64,000 nt of DNA from Spirochaetia bacterium (GCA_029880265.1 JAOUOT010000002.1:117353-181352), one strand, 5' to 3'. Shown: positions 27,709-37,996, counted from the stretch's first letter. Notes: a model not told the origin generated them from the sequence alone. Numbers and translations are program-made.

Positions 27709-29466
27709 TTACATTTTTTCGGGAGCGTTTATGCCCAAAATATCGAGCCCAAACGATATTACATCAGCCGTTAAGGCGCATAAACTTAAAAGCAGTTGAG
27801 CTTCTTGAATATTTTCTTTTTGTTTATCAAGAATTCTATTTTCTTTTTCATGATAAAAATTAGTAAATAAAGAGGCAACATCGTATAAGTAGGCCGACAA
27901 TCTATGAATCTCTAAATTTTCAGAAATTTCTTTCAATACTTCGGGAAATCTCAATAGAAAATTCAGCAAAATACCGCGTTTTGCTAAAAGCAGCCATTCA
28001 CTTTTGAGTTTATCTAAGTCATATAAAGCTGTTTGCTTTTCTTTATCAAACGAGGCTTCTCGAAAAATGGAATATATTCTCGCATGCGCATATTGAATGT
28101 AGTAAACCGGATTTTGATTCGATTGCGTTAGGGCCAGCTCAAGATCAAAATCAAGCGGCGTATTCTGCGAGCGCATATTAAAAAAATAACGACATACATC
28201 TACGGGAATTTTCTCAATTAAATCGCGCATTGTTTGAAATTTCCCCAGACGTTTGCTCATAACGACAGGCTTGCCTTCTTCTAGCAGATTTACCTGCTGA
28301 ACAATAAGCACTTGAAAACTTACGCCTGGCTTTGTCGTTATACCCATCGCCTGCATCGCGGCGGTCATTCTTGCGATATAACCGTGGTGGTCAGGCCCCC
28401 ATATGTCGTATATCTTCTGATATCCTCTTTCTGCCTTGTGTTTATGATAAGCGATATCTGCCAATAAATAAGTGGGACGTCCGTCGGCTCTTTTTACCAC
28501 GCGATCTTTATCGTCTTTATATTTGGCGCTTTCAAAAAACCAAGCTCCGTCTTTTTTGTATAACGCCTTATTTGCATCAAGCGCGTCAAAGGCCCTATCT
28601 ACGCTGCCGTTACCGTGTAATTTTTTTTCAGAAAAAAACTCGTCATATTCGACCCTGAAATCTTTTAGATCACTTTTGTGCGTTTCAAGTATAGCGTTTA
28701 CCGCTAGTTCAGAAAAAAAATCCCCGGCTTTTTCGGCCCATTTTTCAAAACCTTGTTTATCATCACAAAGCGGTATGTTTTCTATATAATCGGGCAAAAT
28801 TTCGATTTCTACAATGGCTTCAATTATCTTGATTAAATATTCTCCCTGATAACAATCTTCAGGCAAAACGACTTCTATATCATTTTTCTGAGCAAATCTA
28901 TACGCCAAAGATATGCCCAATAACTTAATTTGATTGCCGTAATCGTTTACATAATACTCTTTATGCACTTTTTTCCCGCATGCGCCCAAAAGACGACATA
29001 TCGAATCGCCAACGGCTGCGGCCCTTGCTGAAACGATATTCAAGGGCCCTGTGGGGTTCGCGGATACAAATTCAAATATATAAGACGGCTCTTCTTTATA
29101 AGGAAACATTTCATTTATCCATCTTTGAACGCTTATTGCCTCTTTCATTTTTTTCAGAGCATATTCTTCTGACAAAAAAAAGTTAATAAATCCGGGACCC
29201 TCGGGTTTTATTCCTTTTACAATTTCATTAAAATCTTCATTTTTTAAAAGTTCTTTTATGATATTTTCCGCAATTTCGCGAGGATTTCTTTTTAGATATC
29301 GGGCCGATTCCATGGCTAAGGGGGTTGAATAATCGCCGAATTTATATTCAGGCGGATATTCTAATCTGATTTTGTAATCTGAGGGGATTTCTGTCTGATA
29401 ATCTTTTGAAATCTCAATAAATACTTTTTCTAAATGGCCTATTATCTCTGCCTTAATCGCTTGCAT
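27709..29466 (-). CDS. argS: arginine--tRNA ligase
   Basis: 585 aa. It has the class I HIGH-region equivalent FVSANPTGPLNIVSAR, the MSKR-type loop VMSKRLGKF, and the C-terminal anticodon-binding DALR-like region. Confidence 0.95.
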   Translation of the reverse strand: MQAIKAEIIGHLEKVFIEISKDYQTEIPSDYKIRLEYPPEYKFGDYSTPLAMESARYLKRNPREIAENIIKELLKNEDFNEIVKGIKPEGPGFINFFLSEEYALKKMKEAISVQRWINEMFPYKEEPSYIFEFVSANPTGPLNIVSARAAAVGDSICRLLGACGKKVHKEYYVNDYGNQIKLLGISLAYRFAQKNDIEVVLPEDCYQGEYLIKIIEAIVEIEILPDYIENIPLCDDKQGFEKWAEKAGDFFSELAVNAILETHKSDLKDFRVEYDEFFSEKKLHGNGSVDRAFDALDANKALYKKDGAWFFESAKYKDDKDRVVKRADGRPTYLLADIAYHKHKAERGYQKIYDIWGPDHHGYIARMTAAMQAMGITTKPGVSFQVLIVQQVNLLEEGKPVVMSKRLGKFQTMRDLIEKIPVDVCRYFFNMRSQNTPLDFDLELALTQSNQNPVYYIQYAHARIYSIFREASFDKEKQTALYDLDKLKSEWLLLAKRGILLNFLLRFPEVLKEISENLEIHRLSAYLYDVASLFTNFYHEKENRILDKQKENIQEAQLLLSLCALTADVISFGLDILGINAPEKM

Positions 29467-29533
29467 ACGATTTTCAGAAATGTTTTTACAGACAGAGCGT
29501 CAACACTTCTTAGCTGACGCATATTTTCGCAAA

Positions 29534-30898
29534 TCAATTGACGACTACGGTTTTTATATTTACAAATTCACGAATTCCAAAGGTTGAAAGTTCTCTGCCG
29601 TAACCCGATTCTTTAACGCCTCCAAACGGAAGTTTGGGATCTGATTTTACAAAATCATTTATAAAACAGTTTCCTGCGTTGATTTGTTTTACGGCAATTC
29701 TTTCAGCTCTTTCAATATCTCGGCTAAATATCGCCGCCCCTAACCCGTATACAGTATCGTTGGCCAGTAAAACGGCTTCTTCTTCGGTTTTATATTTTAC
29801 AACCGCCGCCGCTGGCCCAAATGTTTCTTCTTGCCATACGGGCATATTTCTCTGTATATCAGCCAATAAAGTGGGGGGGTAATAATATCCTTTCATATCG
29901 GGTATTTTACCGCCGGTCACAAGTTTTGCTCCCATCGATACGCTTTTTTCAACAAGACCATGAATATTATCTCTTAAATCTTCCCGCGCCAAAGGGCCCA
30001 GGTCGCAGTTTTCAAGCGGGTCTCCCAAGGTTTTTGATTTCATTTTCTCTGCAAATAATTCGACGAACTTATCATATATTTTTTCATGAACAATAAATCT
30101 TTTAGCGGCAATACAACTTTGACCGGCGTTTAATAGTCTTCCGGCAATGCAACTTTCGGCTGATTTCTCAATATCTGCGTCTTCCATAATAATATATGGA
30201 TCTAATCCGCCCAGTTCTAATACCGTTTTCTTTAGCGATTTACCGGCTAAAGCGGCTACCGCCTTTCCCGCGATGGTGCCTCCCGTTAAAGAAACTCCTT
30301 GAATATGTTTATTTTCAATGATTAAAGATGTACTTTCAATTGAAGCCAATACTGTCGAAAAGAGTTTTTCGGGAAATTGCGCCTCAACAAATAATTTTTC
30401 TATTTCTAGCGCGCACATAGAAACATTGGGCGAATGTTTCAAAATCGCCCCATTTCCCGCTAGCATCGCCGGTACGGAAAAACGAAACACTTGCCAAAAA
30501 GGAAAGTTCCATGGCATAATTCCCAAAATTACGCCTAGAGGCTCAAAATATACGGTTGCTTTTTTATAATCGGTTTCAATCGGCAGCTCGCATAAAAACT
30601 GCTTTGCATGATTCGCGTAATATTCGCATAGCCATGCGCATTTTTTAATTTCTGCCGATGCCTGAACAATGGGTTTTCCCATTTCATCGGTAATTAATTT
30701 AGCGTATAAATCTTCTTTTTTATTTAATAATATGGCAATATTTTTAAATAAATCGGCTTTTTTGTCAATGGAAAATTCTTTCCAGCGTAATTGGCTTTTA
30801 TTCGAGGTCTCAATAATTTCTTTTATCTGTTCATTGGTATATTCTCTTGCCTCAAAAAAGATCTCTTCATTTTTGGGATTTATACTGACAAAACTCAT
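29534..30898 (-). CDS. NAD(P)-dependent aldehyde dehydrogenase, succinate-semialdehyde dehydrogenase-like
   Basis: 454 aa. ALDH signatures are present: the LELGG catalytic Glu region, the GQSCIAAKRF catalytic Cys, and EETFGP. Confidence 0.85.
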   Translation of the reverse strand: MSFVSINPKNEEIFFEAREYTNEQIKEIIETSNKSQLRWKEFSIDKKADLFKNIAILLNKKEDLYAKLITDEMGKPIVQASAEIKKCAWLCEYYANHAKQFLCELPIETDYKKATVYFEPLGVILGIMPWNFPFWQVFRFSVPAMLAGNGAILKHSPNVSMCALEIEKLFVEAQFPEKLFSTVLASIESTSLIIENKHIQGVSLTGGTIAGKAVAALAGKSLKKTVLELGGLDPYIIMEDADIEKSAESCIAGRLLNAGQSCIAAKRFIVHEKIYDKFVELFAEKMKSKTLGDPLENCDLGPLAREDLRDNIHGLVEKSVSMGAKLVTGGKIPDMKGYYYPPTLLADIQRNMPVWQEETFGPAAAVVKYKTEEEAVLLANDTVYGLGAAIFSRDIERAERIAVKQINAGNCFINDFVKSDPKLPFGGVKESGYGRELSTFGIREFVNIKTVVVN

Positions 30899-30929
30899 AT
30901 CTAAAAGAAATGATAAATTAAACCTTCAA

Positions 30930-32285
30930 TTATTTATTGTAACTTACGTTTTTTCTTGGCCGAGAGGCGTAATCTGTTAATTTCCGCACCATAGGCTTTC
31001 TAATCGCATTGGGTAATTTTTTTCTCATACCTATTTCCCAAAATAAGGCTTTTTGAACAGCTTCATCGTCTTTTCTTGATCTTGCGTTTATTTTATAGAA
31101 AATAAAGGCTTCTTGAAAGTAATCTTTTGTTTTAAAATTTTTAACCCAACCTGATTTATTTTTCACTTCTCTAGCGAATATTCGCTGCGAACTAAATATC
31201 TTTTCGATTTTTTCAAGTTCTTTTTTAGATAACCCCAGCTCTTCTTCAACAAGTTTACACCTTTCAGAAATCAGATTATTTATATTTTCTTTCTTAGGGT
31301 CAAAAGACATTAAATCTTCTAAAACATCCGCAATTAAAATGGAATAATAAATATTCGTATTTATATCTTCGTGTTCAAATATCATTTTATCGCTTATCAT
31401 TAACCGTTTGCCAAGTCCGCTTTCTTCAAACGAGAACTTCCCTTCTTTGGTTTTTTTGGCAAATTCCGCTATTACGGGAAACATTGCTTCAAATATGCCA
31501 TATTCAAACATATCTTTGAATATAGCGTATGATTGTCCCGTTCGAAAAATTTTATTAAATTCTTCATGAAGGCGCGCTATTGAGGTTTTTGTTATAAGTC
31601 TTTTGTGTTTTTTTATTCCTCTAATTAAATTACTATGCAGATTAAAACCTAATAAAGCCGAAAACTTTACCGCTCTTAGCATTCGAACCGGATCTTCAGG
31701 AAATGAAATATCTTCGTCTCCTATTATTCTTATCAGTTTTTCTTTTAAATCTTCAACGCCGCCGGTATAATCAATAATCGTTTCGCTTCTAATATCAAAA
31801 AAGAGAGAATTTATAGTAAAATCGCGCCTGGCCGCGTCTTCTTTAAATGTGCCGAATTTATTATCTTTTTTCAAATACAATTCTTCGGCCTTTTTTCCCG
31901 AATTTCTGGAATCGGGCAATGATCGCGTTGTCGATACCTCAATTATTTTATTCATTCGAAATACTATATGTACAATTTTAAAACGTCTTCCTATCAAGCG
32001 ACTGTTGGCAAATATTTTTCTAATTTCATTTGGCTTTGCGTTTGTGACGACGTCATAGTCTTTCGGTTGTTTTCCTAAAAGCAAATCGCGAACACATCCG
32101 CCGACTATATACGCCTTATATCCAAAACTTTGAATTCTACTGATTACTTTAATCGCATCGGGATCGATATAAGACTTTCTAATATTATGAAAATCTTGAT
32201 AATATCGTTTACCCTGCGGATATTTTAAAATATCGTCAGCGCCAACAGTCTTTTTTAGAATGACTTTCTTTAGCCATTTTATCAT
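30930..32285 (-). CDS. pcnB: poly(A) polymerase I-type nucleotidyltransferase (PcnB/CCA-adding family)
   Basis: GGCVRDLLLGKQPKDYDVVT is the nucleotidyltransferase motif. RLIGRRFKIVHIVF is a PcnB-like string, and RRDFTINSLF is also present. Confidence 0.7.
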   Translation of the reverse strand: MIKWLKKVILKKTVGADDILKYPQGKRYYQDFHNIRKSYIDPDAIKVISRIQSFGYKAYIVGGCVRDLLLGKQPKDYDVVTNAKPNEIRKIFANSRLIGRRFKIVHIVFRMNKIIEVSTTRSLPDSRNSGKKAEELYLKKDNKFGTFKEDAARRDFTINSLFFDIRSETIIDYTGGVEDLKEKLIRIIGDEDISFPEDPVRMLRAVKFSALLGFNLHSNLIRGIKKHKRLITKTSIARLHEEFNKIFRTGQSYAIFKDMFEYGIFEAMFPVIAEFAKKTKEGKFSFEESGLGKRLMISDKMIFEHEDINTNIYYSILIADVLEDLMSFDPKKENINNLISERCKLVEEELGLSKKELEKIEKIFSSQRIFAREVKNKSGWVKNFKTKDYFQEAFIFYKINARSRKDDEAVQKALFWEIGMRKKLPNAIRKPMVRKLTDYASRPRKNVSYNK

Positions 32286-32423
32286 AGTCTAATATGAAAA
32301 TGAAGGCGTAGATTTCAAGTATAATAATTTTTAGTTGTCAGAATTTTATAAAAGTATTATTGACCGATTATATTAAATTCTTTACGCACTGTTTTGAAAA
32401 ATAATTATAACTGTACAAATTCA

Positions 32424-32510
32424 GGAGAGATGTCCGAGCGGTTGAAGGAGCAGCATTGGAAATGCTGTGTACGGGAAACTGTACCGAGGGTTCGAATCCC
32501 TCTCTCTCTG
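32424..32510 (+). tRNA. tRNA-Ser (anticodon GGA)
   Basis: Hand-folded. The acceptor is GGAGAGA/TCTCTCT with a terminal G-U. The D arm is GTCCGAGCGGTTGAAGGAG. The anticodon stem-loop is CAGCATTGGAAATGCTG (loop TTGGAAA). A long variable arm (GTACGGGAAACTGTAC) and T arm GAGGGTTCGAATCCCTC follow. CCA is not encoded. Confidence 0.9.
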
Positions 32511-32620
32511 AGTACAGAAAGAAAGGGGTTTGAACCCGAATAACTTAGGTTTATAAAGGTTTACTTCGGCACGATAATGGCGAATCTCTGTCTTTCTGAT
32601 TTAAAAAAAGGTTTGAGCCC

Positions 32621-33346
32621 ATGAAAAAAAAAGTATTCCTTATAGGAGCGGGTCCCGGAGATCCTACTCTATTAACTGTAAAAGCGGTTGAAACCTTAAA
32701 ACGATGCGACGCGGTACTTTATGATCAGCTTGTCAGCAAAGAAATCTTAAAATTATGCCCTAAAGACGCAGAATTTGTGTTCGCCGGTAAATATAAAAAT
32801 AAGCATATATTAACGCAAGATGAAATAAATAAAAAACTTCTTGATTTAACGCTTTCTCATAATATTATAGGACGACTAAAAGGAGGCGACCCTTTTATTT
32901 TTGGCAGAGGGGGCGAAGAAATTGAATACCTGAGAAATCATGGCATAGAAACCGAGGTGATTCCGGGAATTTCAGCGGCTCAAGGCGCGGCGGCGGCCCT
33001 TCAGATACCCCTTACTCACAGAGAACTTTCTTCAGAGCTGGTTTTTTTAACAGGACACAAGAAAAAAGATCTGGGATATCACGATTTTTCTCTGCTGACT
33101 CTTGAAAAAAAAACATATATTATTTATATGGGTATTTCTATAATCGAAGACATCATTTCAAAAATTCTTTCAAATAAGAATAATAACCCGCAAACGCCAA
33201 TCGCCGTAATTGAAAACGCAACAAAAGAAAACCAGAGAATTTTTACTGGAACGATATCGAACATTATGGAAAAAATAAAAAATAATCACCTTATATCTCC
33301 CACTTTGCTTATCATAGGAGACACCATATCGTTTATACAAGAATAA
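32621..33346 (+). CDS. cobA: uroporphyrinogen-III C-methyltransferase (SUMT; CobA/NirE-type)
   Basis: 241 aa. VFLIGAGPGDPTLLTVKAVETLKRCDAVLYDQLV and RLKGGDPFIFGRGGEE are class III methyltransferase signatures. Confidence 0.85.
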   Translation: MKKKVFLIGAGPGDPTLLTVKAVETLKRCDAVLYDQLVSKEILKLCPKDAEFVFAGKYKNKHILTQDEINKKLLDLTLSHNIIGRLKGGDPFIFGRGGEEIEYLRNHGIETEVIPGISAAQGAAAALQIPLTHRELSSELVFLTGHKKKDLGYHDFSLLTLEKKTYIIYMGISIIEDIISKILSNKNNNPQTPIAVIENATKENQRIFTGTISNIMEKIKNNHLISPTLLIIGDTISFIQE

Positions 33347-33695
33347 TATCTGCCGCGCACGGCAATTGCTTTACGCTTTGACCGAACCTTGCGCTTTACT
33401 GACTACAACGGCCCGCAAATCGCGGGTCTTATCTTGCCTGATCGCGCATTTATTAAAGTATTGAAGAAACAAAAAGAAGCTTTACCGTGCGTAACAATAT
33501 TTTAAATTATCCATGAAAAATATAAAGCGTATAATATAACATTAAGTAAGAATAATTCAATTAAATAGAATATTATAATAATAGAAATACTATAAAGTAT
33601 ATTTTACAATTAAATATTAATGTTTTTTACGCATAAAAATAAAATGCGCATACAAACGAACAATAATAAAATCAAAATTTTCAAAGAAGTAAACC

Positions 33696-35744
33696 ATGAA
33701 TATAAATCGAATAATTTATTTCACAATAATTTTTCTAATTTTATCTGTTACAACGGCAATTTCGGGACAAGTAACGTCGGCAGACGAGGCGCCTGAGGCA
33801 GAAAAAAAGAAGATAAATTTAATAGATATTGAATCTTATGAAATTGAAGATATAATTGAAAATGAAAACGAAGTTGACGGACCGGAAACTTTATACATTG
33901 AAACTGAATTTCTAAAGATAAAATTTAACGCATACGGGGCAAAGGTAACGTCGTTACAACATAAAGACGAAAATTCTACTCTTAAAAATAATATAGAAAT
34001 TGCTAAAAAAGAATTTCCTTTTGAATTTTATCCCGCAAGAAATCCTGAAACTTATCGAAACGCCGTTAATGAAATAAATTCTATATTTCAAAATTTTTTA
34101 CTGGCGGCAAAAGATATTTCAACCATTAAAAATTCTTTAAAACAAAAATTTGATAAGTTAAACTATGCATCTTCGGCTAATCTTTCTAATCTCTTATCAG
34201 ATCTTGAAAAAGAAATTGAAGAGCTTCCTGAGCAAAAAGCAAACGCTCTTTCGCTGCAGACAGATCTATCAAAAAAAATAAAAGAAATGCTCGCAAACGC
34301 GGGAAGTTTTTCAAGAAACATGATTCAACTTACGGCTGAAACAAAAAAAAAGCTGCTTAATAAAAAATACCAGCTTATAAAAACAGATTTTGACGGGGGA
34401 TTTCAGGTAAAAGCAATACTGCCTTTAACGGCGGTAATTAAAGACGCGAAATTACCGATAAAATTTATAAAAGAATTTATATTTTATAACAATTCTCATT
34501 ACTGGGAATTTTCCTGGAAAATAGAGAACTATTCAGATAAACAAATAAAAATATCGCACTTTTTTTTTCATCCTGTATCGCAGATTGGGCCGCCTCCTAA
34601 AAGCTCGTCGGCAAGAGAACAACATTCTTTTTTGAATTTTTATTATTCTGACGAGTCCTTTAAATCAGAGCCTACCTTTAATGAAGACGGCGCCTCTTCT
34701 TTCTTTTCATGCGCCTGTAGTTCCGGTTCGTCTGAGTTTCAAAATATCCGCTCCAGCATTGATTTCTTTGGAGGCTCTTCAAGATTTATGGTAATGACTT
34801 TTCAGCCTCTTGATAAAAACGCGGGTTTATTTTTATTGCCGTACAAATTGCCAAAAGAAGAACAAAACGCCGATAACAATAAACACGCTTATGAAATGCA
34901 AATGCAGACCAGATCGGTTGTAATTCCTTCAAAATCTTCTACGGCTCTTCGGTTTCTGGTTTATTCAGGGCCAAAAGTTAAAGAATTTACAAAACCGACG
35001 TCTGCCCAAATAAATGCTCACCCGAATCTGAAAAAAACTCATCCTGAGTTAAATAAAGGCTTTGATTTTGGCTGGACAGCCCCTATTCGCGACTTAATCG
35101 TAGGCATACTGAGTTTATTATACAAACTAATTCCCAACTATGGCATTGGCATTATTATTTTCGGCTTATTATTCAAAGCCGTTTTTTATCCGCTCAACGA
35201 AAAACAGGCTAAATCAATGAAGAAAATGCAGGCCTTGCAGCCGCTAATGAAAGAAATAAACGAAAAATATAAAGATAATCAACAGGAAAAACAGCGCAAA
35301 ACCATGGAGCTTTACAGAAAGCACAAGGTAAATCCCGTATCGGGATGTCTTCCTATGCTTATTCAACTGCCCATTTTTATCGCGCTTTATTCCGCTTTTT
35401 CTGACGCATACGAATTATGGAAATCTCCCTTCATAGCGGGTTGGATAAACGATCTTTCGGAACCCGACACGATTTATATTTTTAAATCATTGCCTTTACT
35501 CGGCGATTTTCACTTAAATATTCTTCCTCTGGTTATGGGTCTTACGCAATTTTATCAAACAAAAATTACCATGGTATCAGGCGACGCAAGCCAGAAAAAG
35601 ATTATGCAGCTTATGCCTTTAGTTCTTCTTTTTGTTTTCTGGCACATGCCCGCCGGGGTCGTACTATACTGGACGATAAACAATATTTTATCTGTATTAC
35701 AGCAGATTTATACCAATAAACGTACTGATAAATCAAATAATTAA
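33696..35744 (+). CDS. yidC: membrane protein insertase YidC (long form with a large periplasmic domain)
   Basis: 682 aa. The C-terminal core is YGIGIIIFGLLFKAVFYPLNEKQAKSMKKMQALQPLMKEINEKYKDN...MELYRKHKVNPVSGCLPMLIQLPIFIALY. Confidence 0.9.
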   Translation: MNINRIIYFTIIFLILSVTTAISGQVTSADEAPEAEKKKINLIDIESYEIEDIIENENEVDGPETLYIETEFLKIKFNAYGAKVTSLQHKDENSTLKNNIEIAKKEFPFEFYPARNPETYRNAVNEINSIFQNFLLAAKDISTIKNSLKQKFDKLNYASSANLSNLLSDLEKEIEELPEQKANALSLQTDLSKKIKEMLANAGSFSRNMIQLTAETKKKLLNKKYQLIKTDFDGGFQVKAILPLTAVIKDAKLPIKFIKEFIFYNNSHYWEFSWKIENYSDKQIKISHFFFHPVSQIGPPPKSSSAREQHSFLNFYYSDESFKSEPTFNEDGASSFFSCACSSGSSEFQNIRSSIDFFGGSSRFMVMTFQPLDKNAGLFLLPYKLPKEEQNADNNKHAYEMQMQTRSVVIPSKSSTALRFLVYSGPKVKEFTKPTSAQINAHPNLKKTHPELNKGFDFGWTAPIRDLIVGILSLLYKLIPNYGIGIIIFGLLFKAVFYPLNEKQAKSMKKMQALQPLMKEINEKYKDNQQEKQRKTMELYRKHKVNPVSGCLPMLIQLPIFIALYSAFSDAYELWKSPFIAGWINDLSEPDTIYIFKSLPLLGDFHLNILPLVMGLTQFYQTKITMVSGDASQKKIMQLMPLVLLFVFWHMPAGVVLYWTINNILSVLQQIYTNKRTDKSNN

Positions 35745-35760
35745 AAAATAGGAGTATGAA

Positions 35761-36546
35761 ATGTTAATACTAGAAACGCATGCGATGAATGAAAAAGAGG
35801 CTTTAGATTTGGGAAGTCAATTTTTAGAAATTGAACCCGAATTTATAAGAATATCTCTTCAGAAAAAAGGTTCTACCGGATTTCTTGGCTTTGGCTCAAA
35901 AACGCCATCACTGTTTCAAATTGAAGCTATCGAAGGCAAGACGCCTGTTGATGCCGTAATAAAGGGCGTCGTTACCACGATTTTACAAAAAATGGGATAT
36001 AAAATAAATTTTAAAAAAATTGAAAAACTCGAAGACGGTAAAACATACGTAGAAATTGTTTCAAATCAAGCCGGGTATGTAATCGGAAAAAGAGGCAAAA
36101 CATTAGAATCTTTACAATTTTTAACAAATTTACTGGTTCAAAATTTTACCAAAGAACCGCCAAAGATTTTATTAGATCTTGAAAACTATAGAGAAAAAAG
36201 AGCAAATCACTTAGCTGATATTGCCAATAAAATTGCAAATTTTGTAATTAAAACTGGCAAAAGCCGCCTTATGGATCCTCTAAATCCATATGAAAGAAGA
36301 ATTATTCATATGACGCTTCAGGAAAACGAACTAGTAAAAACTGAATCTGAAGGCACGGGAGTTCATAAAAGAATCAGGGTTTTTCCCTCTCGTACCGGCA
36401 CTATACAAAATGACGATTCGCGCGAGGTCTCTGAAGAAGAGATTAAAGAACTAGAAGAATCTCTTGATTCATCTATTGCTGAAGAATCTGAAGAAAGTAT
36501 TGTCGAAGCTTTAGAATCTGCAGAATCTGTAGAAAATAATTCTTAA
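35761..36546 (+). CDS. jag: Jag/KhpB RNA-binding protein (Jag_N, KH, R3H)
   Basis: The KH-like string is VIGKRGKTLESLQFL. The R3H motif is PLNPYERRIIHMTLQ. It holds the canonical position between yidC and mnmE. Confidence 0.85.
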   Translation: MLILETHAMNEKEALDLGSQFLEIEPEFIRISLQKKGSTGFLGFGSKTPSLFQIEAIEGKTPVDAVIKGVVTTILQKMGYKINFKKIEKLEDGKTYVEIVSNQAGYVIGKRGKTLESLQFLTNLLVQNFTKEPPKILLDLENYREKRANHLADIANKIANFVIKTGKSRLMDPLNPYERRIIHMTLQENELVKTESEGTGVHKRIRVFPSRTGTIQNDDSREVSEEEIKELEESLDSSIAEESEESIVEALESAESVENNS

Positions 36547-36557
36547 AGACAAGTTTT

Positions 36558-37994
36558 ATGGCACGACCAATATGTGCCTTAGCGACTCCAATAGGCAGAA
36601 GCCCCGTCGCGATTATAAGAATGTCGGGAGAAAATACTTTTAAATTAATTGAAAAGATATTTTCTGCGGCGACAAAAGTCAACTCGCTACAAAATTCGCA
36701 TAAAACCGCATTATACGGATATATTCGTTATAACAATGTTATATTAGACGAAGTTATACTTTTGCCCTTTAAGAAGCCGCATTCTTACACGGGAGAAGAA
36801 TCTGCCGAAATACAATGTCACGGAAATCCCATAATCATAAAAAAACTGCTTCATGCTTTATATGAAATCGGCTTTGAAAAAGCGCAGCCGGGAGAATTTA
36901 CCAAGCGCGCATTTTTAAATAATAAATTAGATTTAACCCAGGCTGAAGCGGTTAAAGACATTATAGAAGCCAGAAGCGATAAAGAACTGCAAAGCGCACA
37001 ATTATTAAAAACGGGCGAATTTAGAAAAGTAATCTTAGAATTTAAATCTTCTTTATTAAACCTATATGCGGATCTTTCTGCAGAGTTAGACTTTTGCGAC
37101 GAAGATATTGAATTTATTTCTTTTGAAAATAAGTTAAATACCCTTTCTGATATCGTCAAAAAAGCAAAATCGCTTCTGCTTAAGTCTAATGAAATTCAAA
37201 AATTTCGCGAAGGTCTTGAGGCCGTAATATTTGGAGCGCCGAATGTCGGCAAATCTTCATTATTAAATCATTTTGCGGGCATCGAAAGAGCCATTGTATC
37301 AGAAATTCCCGGTACTACCAGAGATTTTCTGGAAATTGAACTTACAATCGACGGGATTTCCTTAAAATTGATCGACACGGCGGGAATTCATCAGAAAACC
37401 ATTGATAATATAGAAAAAGAAGGTATGCTAAGAAGCATACAAAAGACTAAAGAAGCCGATATTATTTTTATCTTATTGGACGGATCAATAACAGTTGAAG
37501 ATTCTTTTCTAGAATCTCCCATTTTTGAATTGGCAAAATTTGAAAATCTGAAAAACGCTTCTATATTTTTCTTGTTGAATAAACAAGATATTGCCCATAA
37601 ATCATGGCAGAAGAAAACTCTAAAAAATATATTTACAGATTTAATAAAAATAAATAATATTAATATAAATTCTTTTAAAGATATTTTCTTTCATAAAATT
37701 TCTTTAAAAACAAACGAAGGATTAGATTCTCTGCATGAAAAGCTGCGCCTTGAAGTACAAAATATTAGCCCCCATTTTGAAGGAATTATGATGGCAGAAT
37801 GGCAAAAAGATATTTTCAATAAGATTATCGACGACCTAAATGCTACAAAAGCTCTGATTGTTAACAAAGAACCTCTTGAAATTATTTTATCTTCGCTTCA
37901 AAACGCTATTGATAATATCGCTCTTCTCTTGGGAGATATCAAATCTGAAGATATCTTAGGCAGAATATTCAGTCGTTTTTGTATCGGAAAATAA
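36558..37994 (+). CDS. mnmE: tRNA uridine-5-carboxymethylaminomethyl modification GTPase MnmE
   Basis: 478 aa. The G1 motif is GAPNVGKSSLLN, G3 is DTAGI, and the C-terminal CIGK tetrapeptide is present. Confidence 0.95.
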   Translation: MARPICALATPIGRSPVAIIRMSGENTFKLIEKIFSAATKVNSLQNSHKTALYGYIRYNNVILDEVILLPFKKPHSYTGEESAEIQCHGNPIIIKKLLHALYEIGFEKAQPGEFTKRAFLNNKLDLTQAEAVKDIIEARSDKELQSAQLLKTGEFRKVILEFKSSLLNLYADLSAELDFCDEDIEFISFENKLNTLSDIVKKAKSLLLKSNEIQKFREGLEAVIFGAPNVGKSSLLNHFAGIERAIVSEIPGTTRDFLEIELTIDGISLKLIDTAGIHQKTIDNIEKEGMLRSIQKTKEADIIFILLDGSITVEDSFLESPIFELAKFENLKNASIFFLLNKQDIAHKSWQKKTLKNIFTDLIKINNININSFKDIFFHKISLKTNEGLDSLHEKLRLEVQNISPHFEGIMMAEWQKDIFNKIIDDLNATKALIVNKEPLEIILSSLQNAIDNIALLLGDIKSEDILGRIFSRFCIGK

Positions 37995-37996
37995 TC

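Noticed and set aside
29467-29533. 6-bp hairpin (gcgtca...tgacgc) between the aldehyde dehydrogenase gene and argS
   Set aside because: The stem is short and there is no U-tract on the minus (coding) strand. It is possibly a processing or attenuation element, but the evidence is too thin.
32511-32620. T-arm-like hairpin (ggggtttgaaccc, 32525-32537) and an 8-bp long-range pairing (32515-32522 with 32591-32598) just downstream of tRNA-Ser; considered as a tRNA remnant, integration-site duplicate or cobA riboswitch
   Set aside because: No acceptor or anticodon arms can be built, and there is no direct repeat of the tRNA 3' end longer than a few bases. No integrase or mobile genes are nearby, and there is no B12-box (GCCACTG-like) for a cobalamin riboswitch. 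The evidence is insufficient.
33507-33515. DnaA-box-like nonamer TTATCCATG near yidC (origin-proximal genes in many bacteria)
   Set aside because: It is a single 7-of-9 match, with no cluster of boxes, no dnaA/dnaN nearby and no AT-rich unwinding repeats. Chance occurrence is expected in AT-rich DNA.
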